A stretch of DNA of 64,000 nucleotides, taken from Squalus acanthias. Taxonomy: Eukaryota. The position numbers and the translations under genes are program-made. Positions within the stretch are counted from its first letter, which is position 1, and each line of letters opens with the position of its first letter. Below are positions 38,572 through 51,295 of the stretch, one piece after another. The DNA lies in assembly GCA_030390025.1 (NCBI GenBank), contig CM059432.1, positions 148,864,001 through 148,928,000 on the forward strand, given 5' to 3'. Below the pieces are notes generated by a model that was given only the letters and a program-made list of their open reading frames with translations, did no database searches and was not told the DNA's origin.

Positions 38572-39149
38572 CTTAAAAATGTCATAATTAGTGTTAATTT
38601 AAAAATCACATTTACTCTCATATATATTTTGCCACCTCTAGGGGAATGGGGGAGGAGAAAAAGACATCAAAGATGAGATCAACAGCAGGTTTCAGAGCAC
38701 GAGACAGCCAGCCATGCAGGTGTCGAGTTATTCCTCAACAAAGTACTAGCTGAAGTTCCTTTACAGAAAAACTGACGAGGTACATCTAGCTGTTGTCCTG
38801 CAGGGAAGTGTGTTGCTGTGTTCAGGGACTCTGAGCTATGCCGATACTAGCCAATGTTGCTATATCAACTAAAGAAAGTTGTGCGAGACTTAGAAGTTTC
38901 TCTGACCTTTTCCCTGGCTTTCATTCAATGCAGAAAATGACTTGGCCAGTCCCTTTGATAAATACTACGTTCTGGTACTGTCACATGAATGCAAAACCTC
39001 GATATAAATATAATGCAGCTCTCAAATCCTATTGTAGATTCCACAAGGAATATTTATAATACAATGAAACCTCATTCCAACAGATACCTCATTACTGTAT
39101 AGTCTTCCCCTTGGTGCCAATGGAAGGGCAGCCTCGGTAAAACTTGGAG

Positions 39150-40070
39150 CTACATAAGGTATTGGCTGAGAGAGAGTAAGCAGCAGGTACTAGCTTGGGG
39201 TGATAGAGGGAGGTGGAGCTCTACTGAGTCAAGCACCCCAGCAATCAGTGTCCCTCTTGCTTCTGATCTACATGAATGATCTAGGTTCAGAAGTGCAATG
39301 CAAGTTGGTCAAATTTACAAATTATAATAAACTGAGTCAGAGTACACCAGTAAAGTCTAATAAAACATCTAAGGAATTCCTAAGGACCTAGACAAATTTG
39401 CAAATATGAAGAATGATGGCAGATGAAATTCAATACAGATAAGTGCAAGTTTTAGACACATAAACGGGGTACATAATTAATAGCATCAAATGAGCAAGGT
39501 GAGAGGATGAGAGATAGTAGACAACACTGGTCAGTCATTGCAGAGCAACAACTAACAATGCAAAAGAATACTGAGCTACATTGCCAAATTTACTAGAGTG
39601 CAAGTCTGAGGCCATCATGCTGAAACTGCAGTGCTCTGATCAGGCTCCATCTTGAGTATGGCATTCATTTCTGGTCACCGCAGCATATCCAAGCTCTGAA
39701 AGTGGTGCCAAGAAGTGCCACGAGGCTGATGCCCAGTGTCAAAGGTCTGAATTATGAGGAAAAGTTAGAAAAACTTCAATTCTTCGGCCTTAAATGGAAT
39801 GGAGTAAGAGTGGACCTCATAGAGGTATGTATACACTAAGCAGGATAGGAATGGTTAATCCTGAGCACTATTTCAAGTTCAACTATGACTGTAGGACAGT
39901 GAGAAGTAGATACAAACTGGGGAAAGACCGGTTCAGGACTGATGTCAGGAAGCAGCATTTCACATAAAGAGTGGTTAATACCTGGTATGGTTTTCTGTTG
40001 AGGGTAGTGGGAGACAAAAACTCTGGAGCCATTCAAGAGGCAGTTAGATGCTATGATGTGGGATTGCAGG
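39150..40070 (+). mobile_element. Old degraded CR1 RT fragment
   Basis: LIYMNDL...VKF, W.MKFN.DKCK and gacctcatagaggtat (DLIEV) motifs. Confidence 0.7.
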
Positions 40071-40406
40071 TTTCTATGGTCTAATGGCCTCCCTCGCCTG
40101 AACTTAGCTTGAGAGAGCCACTTGGCCACAGTTGAATAAGGTTGACTTGTATTTTTATTCCACAACCATTTATCATCAGTATTTCCACAATACATTCAAC
40201 TCTCATTGACATTTGATTACTATCTTTTCTCTCAGACAACCTCCGAAATGCAACTCTAAACATCAAATAGTGAGCAATCAGATGCATTTCAAAGGGCTTA
40301 TGATTTTTAAATTCCGGCTGAGCTTTTAACACATCATTTTTTGTCCATAAAGATGGCATTGCTGAACAATCAAAAATGTAATTGTTACCACACCAGCATG
40401 AAGTAC

Positions 40407-40537
40407 CTGCAAAATCTCCTCATATTTTTTTGTCGTCCTTTGTAGATAATCATCCTTTTCAGCCATTTTGCGGTATAGCTGGTTTACTTCCTCCTTCTGG
40501 CTTTCCAGAAGCTCAGCTTCCACTTCCTGGGCTTTGT
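40407..40537 (-). CDS. GOLGA4: GOLGA4 exon ((N)KAQEVEAELLESQKEEVNQLYRKMAEKDDYLQRTTKKYEEILQ)
   Basis: 131 nt, ttcccag acceptor and GTACTT donor, phase 1/0. Matches KAQEVEAELLESH...AEKDDDLKRTAKRYEEIL. Confidence 0.95.
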
Positions 40538-41295
40538 CTGGGAAAGTAAAATAATTTATCTGAATTTACCACACTTCAGTTTATGTATCAGTTTCAAATA
40601 GTATATGATTACACAATCTAAGATACAAAAGCAATGAATCTGCAAGCCTGAGCATATGCATATAACCAGCCAGTACGGCACTGATTCACACAAGTTAAGT
40701 AGGTCAGAGAATCAATCCTTCGTGTGTGCAAAATCTAAATTGGCCTCAGTGTTGCTTGGCTAGGAAAGGACCCCATTCAAGGGTATTTATGTAGCTGAGG
40801 ACTGGATCTCCAGGGTCAAATAGTCTGTAGGTACTCTATCTAGCCTCATACAAGAAGAATAGCTATTTAGCCGAGGTATTAGAAAGCAGTGGTATCCAGG
40901 AACAGTAACCCATCATGACTCAGAGAAGGTGGGGCAAAATGATAGGTTACTTTACCATAGATACACTTTGCAACTGAAATTCAACCTGCAAGTAGAAGAA
41001 CATCTCAGGTGGGGGGTGGGGGAGCGGGAGAGAAGTCACGCAAGAACAATATCCATTTAAGAAAACATCTCTCTGAAAGCAGGCAACACCCGCACCCCCC
41101 CCCGGAACTCGAACAGAACTTGGGCTGTCACATTTGTGAACACAACAGGATTGCTAGATACAACTTAAAACATTAAAACACCAGTGCACAAAACTCTTAC
41201 ATTTGAGTTTTCAAAGTGGAATCTTTCCTGGATACCTGCAGTAACTTCTCAAACAGTAACAAAAATCGCAACAACATTGAACAAGGAGATTAGCT

Positions 41296-41906
41296 GTGGC
41301 ATAGAATACAAGAGCAGGGGGGTTATGCTTCAACTGTATAAAACACTAGTTAGGCCTCAGCTAGTGTACTGCGTGCAGTTTTGGTCACCACATTACAGGA
41401 AAGATGTGATTGCACAAGAGAGGGTACAGAGGAGATTTACAAGGATGTTGCCGGGAGTAGAGAATCTTAGCTATGAAGACAGACTGGATAGGCTGGGTCT
41501 GTTTTCCTTGGAACAGAGGAGGCTGAGGGGAGACCTTATTGAGGTGTATAAAATTATATGGGGCATAAAGTGGATAGAAAGGACCTATTTCCCTTAGCAG
41601 AGGGGTCAAAAACCAGGGGGCACAGATTTAAAGTAATTGGGGGAGGTTTAGAGGGGATTTGAGGGAAATTTCTTCACCCAGAGGGTTGTGGGGGTCTGGA
41701 ACTCTCTGCCTGAAAGGGTGGTAGAGGCAGGAACCCTAACCACATCTACAAAGTACTTGGATGTGCACTTGGGATGCTCTAACCTGCAGGGCTACGGACC
41801 AAGAGCTGGGAAGTGGGATTAGGCTGGATAGCTCTTTGTTGGCCGGCGCGGACACAATGGGCCAAAATGACCTCCTTTCATGCTGTACCTTTCTATGATT
41901 CTATGA
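41296..41906 (+). mobile_element. CR1 3' fragment
   Basis: GIEYKSRGVMLQLYKTLVRPQLVYCVQFWSP. Tail ttctatgattctatga. Confidence 0.92.
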
Positions 41907-42442
41907 GATTTAGCTGCAGGGCAGGGTTATATAGCTAATATGCAGCATTAGAATGATGGTTGAAGTTATCAAATAAAGACATAAAAGCACTTCCTAGTTC
42001 ACTGCGTTTTCAATATGCCGACCCCTTTCTGGAACGAGGCTCCTATTTCGTATGTAGTTGGGCCATCTCCCACTTAACTATGAACTCATTAACTATAGCT
42101 ACACTTACATTTCAGACTGCCTCCCTTAAGGGACGCCCCTGAAGGCACTCAAACCAGCCAATCATCCAGGTTCAGACAAACATGAAACCCCCTTACCTCA
42201 GAAGGGGAAATTTTACTACCCAGTCACATTTGGCCAAATTCTAAAAAATCACTTAGAATCATTCAAACTCAATGGTCAAGCTTCGAGAATCTGCAGCAGG
42301 GTAGTTATTTTGAACTTATCCTTCAAAATTAAGGCAGAAGCAGAAACACAAGTATTCCTCGCCACACAAAATAGCTCTAATAAGCAGAGGTTCTTTGTTA
42401 ACTTGACGTTTGTAAACCTTTGGATTGTCTGGAGAAAACCAA

Positions 42443-43024
42443 GAAGCAAAATTTGGGTTCGCGCCCCGAAAAGGTTAGCGCCCCCGCGCCCGGAATTCGA
42501 TGGTAGCGCCCCAAGCAGGAGGCAGGGCACTACTGGAAGCGCTCCCCCTCCCTCTTGGGGCGCTCCAGCCCAAAACTGTGGGGCTGCACCAGCACGTCGC
42601 GCTGCAGTACTGCAGGTCTTCCTCCCCTTATTAAAGGGGCGGGGCCTAGCGCAGCACGAACCGGGGTGCTGGCAAAAGAGCCTGGCACTATCGCGGCTGG
42701 CACTCGGCGGGGGGACGGCAGAGGGGGCAGGTGGCCAGCAAAAAAAAATGACCGCCCGGTACCTCCCCTTTAAATATCGCCACCCCGGCCGCACGTACGC
42801 CCCCCCTGACCTTGTCGGTCATATCGTCCGGCGGTACGTCAGGGGGCGCAACCGAAGTTTGCGGCCGGGGCGCAGCGCCGCGGGGCGCTACCGGCTACTG
42901 CCGCCGCTAAACTCCCGCTGAATTTCACGGGAGGCGTTAGCGACGCCACGCCCAGGCACTAGTTGCTTTGTGCCCAGTTAGGGCGCCAACAGGAGGCGCA
43001 AAGCAGTCAAATCTTGGCCCCCCC
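42443..43024. mobile_element. GC-rich MITE, same family as 24906-25485
   Basis: Collinear similarity (e.g. ctaccgg.tac..ccgccgctaa.ctccc..tgaatttc..gggaggcgt; ggaggcgcaaagca). Ends degenerate. Confidence 0.75.
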
Positions 43025-43113
43025 AATGTCTCTGAATTTGCTTACAAGTGGAGAACATAACCCTCGCGTACAGTTGGCAATGGCAAGAAATCAGTAGAGA
43101 AGAAGGACATAAA

Positions 43114-43681
43114 GGGCTAGATTTTAACTCCAGTCCTGGAACAGCAGCCAGCAGGCAAAACGCATACCCGCTGCTGCCAGCGGGAGACCCGAGCCATTTT
43201 AAGGGCAGATCTCATTACCATGCGGCTGGGGAGCTGTACGACCTGAATGGGCACCTGCTGCAGCTCACCAGCTGCGGGTTGGCAGAATATCGGGAAACCT
43301 GGAAACTGGACCGAACGGCAGGCAGTATGACCTAAAAGAGCTAGCGATTGTGGGTGGGAAGAGCCTGGGACAGCAGTGGGCCACAGTATACTTATGAATT
43401 AAGAGGAGCACTACTGGCCTCAAAAATAATTCTGCACTTAACTTTTTGGACCTTTTCTGCTTCACCACCCAGTGCAACTAGGTGGAGCGTGCACGGTGAG
43501 TCGTCTGCGCACCTGTCCCTCGAAATTGATTCAGGTGAGAGTCTGGGCCTCCCTTGTAAAGGCTTTGGGCAAAATGGCGGTGGGCAGATCAGAGCAAGAA
43601 TGGGGCAGCCACTGCAACACTGCGATTTTAGGACCACTACCGCCCCAAATCCACCAGGCACGTCAAGTTAAAATCGGCCTG
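43114..43681. mobile_element. Harbinger-like MITE
   Basis: TIRs GGGCTAGATTTTAACT / AGTTAAAATCGGCCTG, flanked by AAA on both sides. Confidence 0.65.
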
Positions 43682-44334
43682 AAAGTTTCTTCTTTTTAGG
43701 TCCTTGATGGGGTGTTGAGTCCCCTGAGCAAATCCTGTGGAGGAACTGCTTTTTCAGCCCAGGGCATGGGTTAGGTGTTCACTTGGCTTGAACTATGCTT
43801 AGCTATCTTTCCCGGAAGTTCTTAGATACTTTGCTGGTGCAAACTGAAGCTTTGTAGCACAGCCTCTACTTGGTCCATGAATGGATTCTTGCTTGAGATG
43901 ACAAATCATGGGGGAAATGGTGATACATGTAGCAATACCATCTTGTGGAGAATTGTCCTACTGCTTCTGGCCACAGCATTCATAGCAGACCGTTGAGGAA
44001 ATGTCCGACCCCAGGCAATGTTATCAACATGAGCTCTGCCCTAACTCCTCTCTATGAAGAGAAGTGTGTCGCAGTTAGGCCAATGTGGTTAGACCGCATG
44101 AACACAGTTTTCATGGTATAAATTATCCACAACTGGATGCAACATTCCTTGACCCAAACAACTGTTTCTACTACTTCTTGGGAGGAATCAACACTTTTCC
44201 ATGTATAGAGGATATGTCAATAGACTTACGGTACCTGGAAAAAAGTTAACTCAACAGGATTCGTTCAGAGATCCATGAGAAGTGGTACAAATTTTGCAAG
44301 TGGGATGCAGCAATGACTTACAGAAATAGGTTAG

Positions 44335-44660
44335 AACCAGAGACGTTCACCATTTGGCTTGCCCCATCTGTGCTGGCTCTTTGCTAGAGCAATCTAAAAC
44401 TAAGCCCACTGCTCTACACTCTTCCCTTAGCCCAGTATCATCTTCTGCTTCAAATGTTGATCTACTTTTCTGTAAACAGTACAATGGCCTCTACCTCAAC
44501 CACTCATTGCGACAAAGCTTTCCATGCTCCTACAATCCCGTCTGAACAAATCTCTCAATCTCTCTCCTCACTCTCAGTGACAATTTTAAATTGATAACCT
44601 CTCATCACCAATTACCCAACCAGAGAAAACAGTCTTTCCTTATTCAACCTATCAAAATCT
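44335..44660 (-). mobile_element. Old CR1 3' end
   Basis: Similar to the 3' end of the CR1 at 813 (ctgtgctggctctttg.tagagcaatc). Confidence 0.6.
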
Positions 44661-46128
44661 TGCTGTATCTCATTAGCAGGCCATGTAGCAATTGACAGGG
44701 GAAAACCTGCAAAGCTATGGCTAGATGATCAGTCAATCCTCCAGAATTTGTCCTTGATAACACTTAGGACTGTGATGCTAGACCCAAAGGCATCCCTTAA
44801 GGGAGGCTTTTGCATTCCTTTGATGAATGCTTTGTTGGTGGATGAAGGTGCATTTACCAGATCCAGAATAGTGTTCTTGCTTGTGCTCAGGCTAGACTTA
44901 AGGGTGACCGTTGATTCATCTTAACTTTTGTGATTCTTTGAAGATAGTTTTATTGGTAAATGGTGCTTGTGGATCCAATGGTGTGTGTTAGAATAAACTA
45001 AACTCAGCGCCAAGACAGCTGCCTCAGCTAAATCCAGCGGCTAAACTGATGGATGTCACATCATTGCCTGGCTATCAGTCAATTGACTATAAATAAAGAA
45101 ACATTTGTATCCTGTGAACTTGGTATGTTGAAATATAGTTACTTCAGAGCCCATCCTCTGATAAATGAAGCTACAGAATTTTGAAATAAGAACTGTGATT
45201 ACTCATTGCTCGTCCATTTCTGACGTGCGGATGTAGATCTAAGGCAGCTTTCATTCTATGGGAAAAGAATTTACTGAAATGACCAGTACAAAGTTCAGAC
45301 AATTTTAACTTCCAGCAGTAAACTAAAACTAGGATTTTACACTGAATTATCCATAACCATTTATATTACTCATGCAGGGCAAACTTTTGAAGTGCCCATA
45401 GAGATTTCCCAATTTATACAAACTAAATACAATCTTAATTTCTCTCCCCTATTTTTAATACCTTTTCAGTTATCCTGGCGCCTTATATTATGCACCCGCT
45501 TTGTTAAGGGGATGAGCAGATGATTTGCTCTGAAGCCATTTTCCATTTCCACTCAGTAAAAATAACCTTGTAGTATTTGGTTTATACTCCACACTTTACA
45601 CAATAACACAGCGGAGTGGTATTGTGCCCAATGAACCCTGCCTACTTTACCATGTGGCATCTTTTACTTTTAACATGCAGTACAGACAAAGCAAACTGGA
45701 AAACAGGACTTGATTTTGTCCTCAATTGTCTCAGTTCAGATTGAAACAAATACAACTTTTACATTTTTTCCCCATTTAGCACTTGTATTTCACTTCCATC
45801 TGCCTTCCTTTTAAAAGCAGGCAGAGGCAATGGCCAACAAACTTCCCAATGATTAGTGTAGCTCCTGTTACATAATAAACAGTATATGAGCTTTCTGTGA
45901 GGTTGAATAATTTTTACAGAGCCCATTTCATAGCATGAAGACATTAAATTTACAACCATGGCAAAGGGATTCAATTCCCAAAGGGAAAACATCAACCTAT
46001 AAAAAAATAAGGGCAAAAGAGAGGTTTCTGGTTTTCATAACCAATAGACATATCTACTGAAAGATGATACTACATTATCCTTTTGGTATGTAAATATATA
46101 CAAAATCACTTCTTCTTCTTGTACTTAC

Positions 46129-46250
46129 TAATGGTTTCTTTGATTGATAGATCTAGCTCTTGTTCTTTCTGAGCTAGCTGTGTATTGAATTCTCGCATTA
46201 ACTGTTTGAGAGTGGAGTTGTGTTTCAGCTGCAGATCCTCCAGTTCTAGT
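46129..46250 (-). CDS. GOLGA4: GOLGA4 exon (LELEDLQLKHNSTLKQLMREFNTQLAQKEQELDLSIKETI)
   Basis: 122 nt, ttgcag acceptor and GTAAGT donor, phase 2/1. Near-identical to EDLELKHNSTLKQLMREFNTQLAQKEQELEMTIKETI. Confidence 0.97.
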
Positions 46251-46647
46251 CTGCAAAACAAAAACAATAGTTACCAGCAAGAAAAACTCAGTTATACTTC
46301 CAGCTTGCCTTAGAATAAAATGGTGGCCTCAGTGATGGCTCCGTCCTAATAGGTAGAAAGTTAAGAAGGCTAAGCAAACAAAATTAAGGATTAAAAATTA
46401 GTTATTACCTAAGGTGGTCAAAAACACTTTTTAACCATTTATGGTTGGTACCAATGTTAGATTGCATCTATTCATATGTTCTTGCTTCTGATTGTTTAGG
46501 AAGTTATAACCTGGCATTTGCGAGAAATTCATTAACTGTTCTAATCAAAATTCGCTAACATTTGGGGGAAAAAGCTAATAAAACAAATTCAGACTGGGCA
46601 AAATCATAATAGATATATCTGTATTAACACAATGAAAGAAAAAAAAT

Positions 46648-47062
46648 AAAGACTTGCATTTATATAGCACCTTTCATGACCACCGGACGTCCCAAAGCGC
46701 TTTACAGCCAATTAAGTATTTTTGAAATGGTAATGTAGGAAACGCGGCAGCCTATTTGCGCACAGCAAGCTCCCACAAACAGCAATGTGATAATGACCAG
46801 ATAATCTGTTTTTGTTATGTTGATTGAGGAATAAATACTGGCCAGGATACCGGGGATAACTCCCTTGCTCTTCTTCGAAATAGTGCTGTGGGATTTTTTA
46901 CGTCCACCTGAGAGAGCAGATGGGGCCTCGATTTAATATCTCATTCAAAAGACTGCACCTCCGACAGTACAGCACTCCTTCAGTACTGCACTGGAGTGTC
47001 GGCCTAGATTTCAGATTTTCCCTGGAGTGGGACTTGAAGCCACAACCTTCTGACTCAGAGAC
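46648..47062 (-). mobile_element. Deu-type SINE, near complete
   Basis: rc head tctctgagtcagaaggttgtggcttcaagtccc (B-box-like), central block and tail aaaggtgctatataaatgcaagtc. Confidence 0.88.
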
Positions 47063-48126
47063 ACTGACAATGAAGCATTTAGTGTTGCCCCAGTTAATGT
47101 TCCTCCTGACTTCTTCGTACAGAACTGTGTGTCAATTGGAAATCTAACAAATTGAATTATTATATATACTGATAAATCTAAAGCTGTAAATAGGTTGCAC
47201 CTTGGTGACAGCAAGTACAGACTTAATGGTGAAATATTCCAAAATTAAAACTTCAAGTTGTCGTCTTTAGGAACAGGCGAACATGTATACCCCACAGCCC
47301 CAGGGGCTGAGCATTGCTTCAGGCTAAGGCTATGCCCTTTCACCTCGAGTATCTGGATTCAAATTCAGCCAAGTATGATGGGATAGAAGTTTCTGCTGCA
47401 AACTGTAAGGGTCCTAAATGACAAGAGTTGAATGATTCGCAACCAAGGGTTAAAGGGACACAATTCTTGAGTACAAAACCGGCCAGGATTCAGCAATGAC
47501 ATTTGCAATTTCACTTCAAGTCATAGAACAGCTCGAGTAAAAAATACAACTAAGATAACAGAGCAGCTGGCGCTCTTCTAAGGCTGGGTTCAGCGAGCAT
47601 TGTTGAGCGAGTAAAGTGCTGTTTATTTTACATCTGGAGGCCTTTTTCATGCTAACCAGGATGTAGGAGTAAAATATCTTAAATATCATTTGATTCATGT
47701 TGCCCACTTTATACAGGTCAGGTACAATGGAGTCTTCAGCTTCCTTTAACCTGCTGAGCAGCAGAGCGCAAGTGCACCCACATAGCTGTGTCGCATCGGT
47801 GGAATTAATGCTTCCATATGTACAGTGCTGTTCCAAATTGAAGATAAAGTCAGAGTATCCAGCCCACATAACTACTTCATACACAGGTTATAGCTACTGG
47901 AGAATGTAAGTCTAGCTGCTCAAAGGATCAGAGTGAGAGCAGTGGGTAGGCAAAGGCGGCATTAACTCTACCGCTGTTTCATCAGGCTGCATGACACTCA
48001 GTCGAGGCAGAAAAGCCAGAATCCAAAGAAATTCACCAGTTCAATACTGTGTGCAAATTAATGCCACAACAGAACCACTATATTTTCATATTTTTACTTG
48101 TATGCTACATTATTTCACTTTAACAA

Positions 48127-48951
48127 AACATAACATAAGAATTAGGAGCATTTCAGTAAGATCCTGGCTGATCTTTGACCTCAACTCCACTTTCCCGCCC
48201 AATCTCCAAATCCCGACAGACCAAAAATCTATCGAGCTCAGCCTTGAATATACTCAACGATTCAGCATCCACAGCCCTCTGGGGTAGAGAATTCCAAAGA
48301 TTCACCACCCTCTGAATGAAGAAATTCCTGGTCATCTCAGTCTTAAATGGCCAACCCCTTATCCTGAGATTATGACCCCTCGTTCTAGACTCTCCAGCCA
48401 GGGGAAACAACCTCTCAGCATCTACCCTGTCAATTCCCCTCAGAATCTTATACGCTTCAATGAGATCACCTCTCATTCTTCTAAACTCCAGAGAGTATAT
48501 AGGCCCAATCTACTCAATCTCTCCGCATAGGACAACCCTCTCATCCCAGGAATCAATCTAGTGAAAGCTTCATTGCACTGCGTCTAAGGCAAGTACATCC
48601 TTCCTCGGATAAGGAGACCAAATCTGTGCACAGTACTCCAGGTGTGGTCTCACCAAGGCCCTGTACAATTTTAGCAAGACTTCCTTACTCTTGTACTCCA
48701 ACCCCCTTGCAATAAAGGCCAACATGCCATTTGCCTTCCTAATTGCTTGCTGTACCTGCATGTTAACTTTGTGTTTCCTCTACGAGGACATCTAAATCTC
48801 TCTGAACACCAACATTTAATAGTTCCTCACCATTTTAAAAATATGTTTTTCTATTCTTCCTCCCAAAGTGAATAACCTCACCATATTACACTCCATCTGC
48901 CACATTATTGCCCACTCACTTAACCTGTCTATATCCCTTTGCAGGCTCTTT
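48127..48951 (-). mobile_element. CR1 3' fragment; continues at about 50666-50690 beyond the Harbinger-like insertion
   Basis: MRGDLIEAYKILRG and RPHLEYCAQIWSP. gcaggctcttt|...|ttcgtgtcctcctcacagcttact rejoins the pattern seen at 34457-34490. Confidence 0.9.
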
Positions 48952-50665
48952 GGTCTCAATTTCACCAGCCGTGGCGAGTCTGGAGCGGCCGGAGGAGACG
49001 GCTGCCTCAAACTCCACACCCGTCTTCATCCAGCCTCCTCCAAGTGATTTTGCCGATTGGGCTTGTGAAGCCAGCCCTACGAGGTTGCTGGTCAATTAAA
49101 AGGAAGCGGGTCTGATGACACGTCATCAGCCGGTTTTCTTTAAGGGACCATATCCACAATCATTTTGACAGTTGTGCTGTCAGTGTTGTACAGCATTGAG
49201 GTGCTGCAAACACTGACAAGCGCTGCACAAAGGTGCACGGCTGTACCCAGGCTCTCCCATGACTCCCTCCATATGCTTATAGAGGGAGTCACAGCACACA
49301 AGGAGGTCCTCTTCCCTTCCCATGGGCGGTAGAGACCTCCCCAGGACACCAACGCAGCCTGACTGCACATTTCACAGGAGGACACAAGCAGGGATGTTGT
49401 CAGGAGGACCAGGCCGCAGTGGCGCAAATCTTTCAATGATCACAGTAGGTAACGAAACGTTACAGCAAAACCACACTCAACCTCATCCTTCTGTGCCACT
49501 CATCACATCCCCATCACTCTGCCTTCCCTACCCTACTCCTGCACATCCTTACTCACACCAACTTAACTTGCACCTCCACCCATCCCTCTCTATCTATATT
49601 ATCACCTCCCCATCTCACTAGCCACCCTTCACACTCACCCTCATCAGAGTCCAATTATACCAACTAACAACACACAAGGATAGGCACTTGGGTGTTTTAG
49701 CCCATGTTTGTGTAAACTTTCTGCTAATGTGTTGTCAAGCATTGAAATCCTTATTGTCACCACTTTACCTTCTTGGACAGATTTGTGTGCATCTTTGAAA
49801 GTGTCTTAGTGAGTTCCAGTGAATGGTGAAACAGACTGTCCCCCCTCCACCCCAAATGCTGATGAGTGTGAAAGGAATGGCTTGGGATGCTTTATGGTGT
49901 TGGTATGGGGTGGTGCCAACCTGGCACATCATGTGGCAGCCAGGGTGTGCAGTGTCAAGTGAAGTAAATCTGGACATGGTGAGGCCATCGCTGGCGTCCT
50001 GGGCAGCAATGTGGTCGGGTGCTGATGCCCTGTGTCCAGTGCAGCATCAGTTGATTGCGGAGAAGGTTGGTGTGGATGTTGGTGTTGCTGGTGTGCCCGG
50101 TGATGCTGGTGTTGGGGCTGATCGTGTTGGGATTCTGAGGACCAAGGTGAGATTTCTTCAAGGGCACTGAGGCTGATGGAATAGATGGCAGGTGAGGTTG
50201 AGATGACAGGAGTAATCTGTCAATGTTGAGAGAGGTTGTTCCAAGGAGGTGACAGTGGATAGAGAGATTACTCCAAACAATTCAAAAGTGCATAAAGCTC
50301 AAAAGTGGTTTCCAAATCATTAATGCTCCAGCTTCTAAGATTGGGAAGTGAACAGCTGTGAAATGGTAACCCGACATACTTACCTGACGTGATAGCCGCT
50401 CTCTGGGAATCTCGTTGAAAACCTGGTAAAATGGTAAGTACATGGGAAAATGGTTCTTATCTACCTTTCAATAAGCTTTTAACTATCTAAATTGGATGAC
50501 CCGCCACTTGGTGTCAGGTTTGTTCAGGGATGACTGATCCAACACTTGGGAAACTGACAAGGAGGCGGGTTTACAGCAGGGATACCGACCCGCTGTCAAT
50601 CCTTGTGAGTTTGACAGCGGACCCGCCTCCAAACCCGCACTCTGAGTGCCGGCAAAATTCAGCCC
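48952..50665 (+). mobile_element. Non-autonomous PIF/Harbinger derivative with a Myb/SANT-like pseudo-ORF
   Basis: TIRs GGTCTCAATTTC / AAAATTCAGCCC, TSD TTT/TTC. 49240-49449 reads AVPRLSHDSLHMLIEGVTAHKEVLFPSHGR*RPPQDTNAA*LHISQEDTSRDVVRRTRPQWRKSFNDHSR. Confidence 0.78.
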
Positions 50666-50874
50666 TTCGTGTCCTCCTCACAGCTTACTCAACAACATTA
50701 TATTATCATCACCCTAAATGGAACAAAGTAATAATAAAGGTTTAACAGCAGCATTTTCCTCTTGAATGTTACCATGGATATTTCTAGGTGGATTATTTTA
50801 GCCACTGCCTTATATTAAAACAGTGAGTTTCTGCAAGTGATTTGCTTTCATTACAATTCCTGCTAGTAAATAAA

Positions 50875-51295
50875 ACAAACATTTATATAGCACCGTATCA
50901 CATCCTCAAGACATCCCAAAGTCAATGAATTATTTTGTTAAGTAGGCACATACGGCAGCCAATCGGCACATGATCCCACAAACAGCAAATTATAACAATG
51001 ATTAGTCATCTGGTTTTGGTGCTGTTGGTTGAGGGAGGACTATTGGCCAGGACACCAGGAGAACTCCCTACTCTTTTTCAAACAGTGCCATGGGATCTTT
51101 TATAACCACTCAAACCAGTGGATCAGGCAACCAGGGCCTCGGTTTAACATCTTGGACAGCAACTCCTGCAATGCAGTACTCCCACCGTATTGCACTGAAG
51201 TGTCAGCCTAGATTATGTGCTCTAGTCACGGAGTAGGGTTTAAAACTGCAACCTGATTTCAAGGTGGGAGTGCCACCAACTGAGGCAAGTTAACA
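50875..51295 (-). mobile_element. Deu-type SINE, diverged
   Basis: Same blocks as other copies (ggccaggacaccaggagaactccc, gccatgggatctttta, cagcctagattatgtgctc). Confidence 0.8.

Noticed and set aside
42276..42921. 172-aa and 203-aa ORFs, and a possible CpG-island promoter
   Set aside because: Fall in a GC-rich MITE family also present at 24906-25485; ORF length is explained by GC content.
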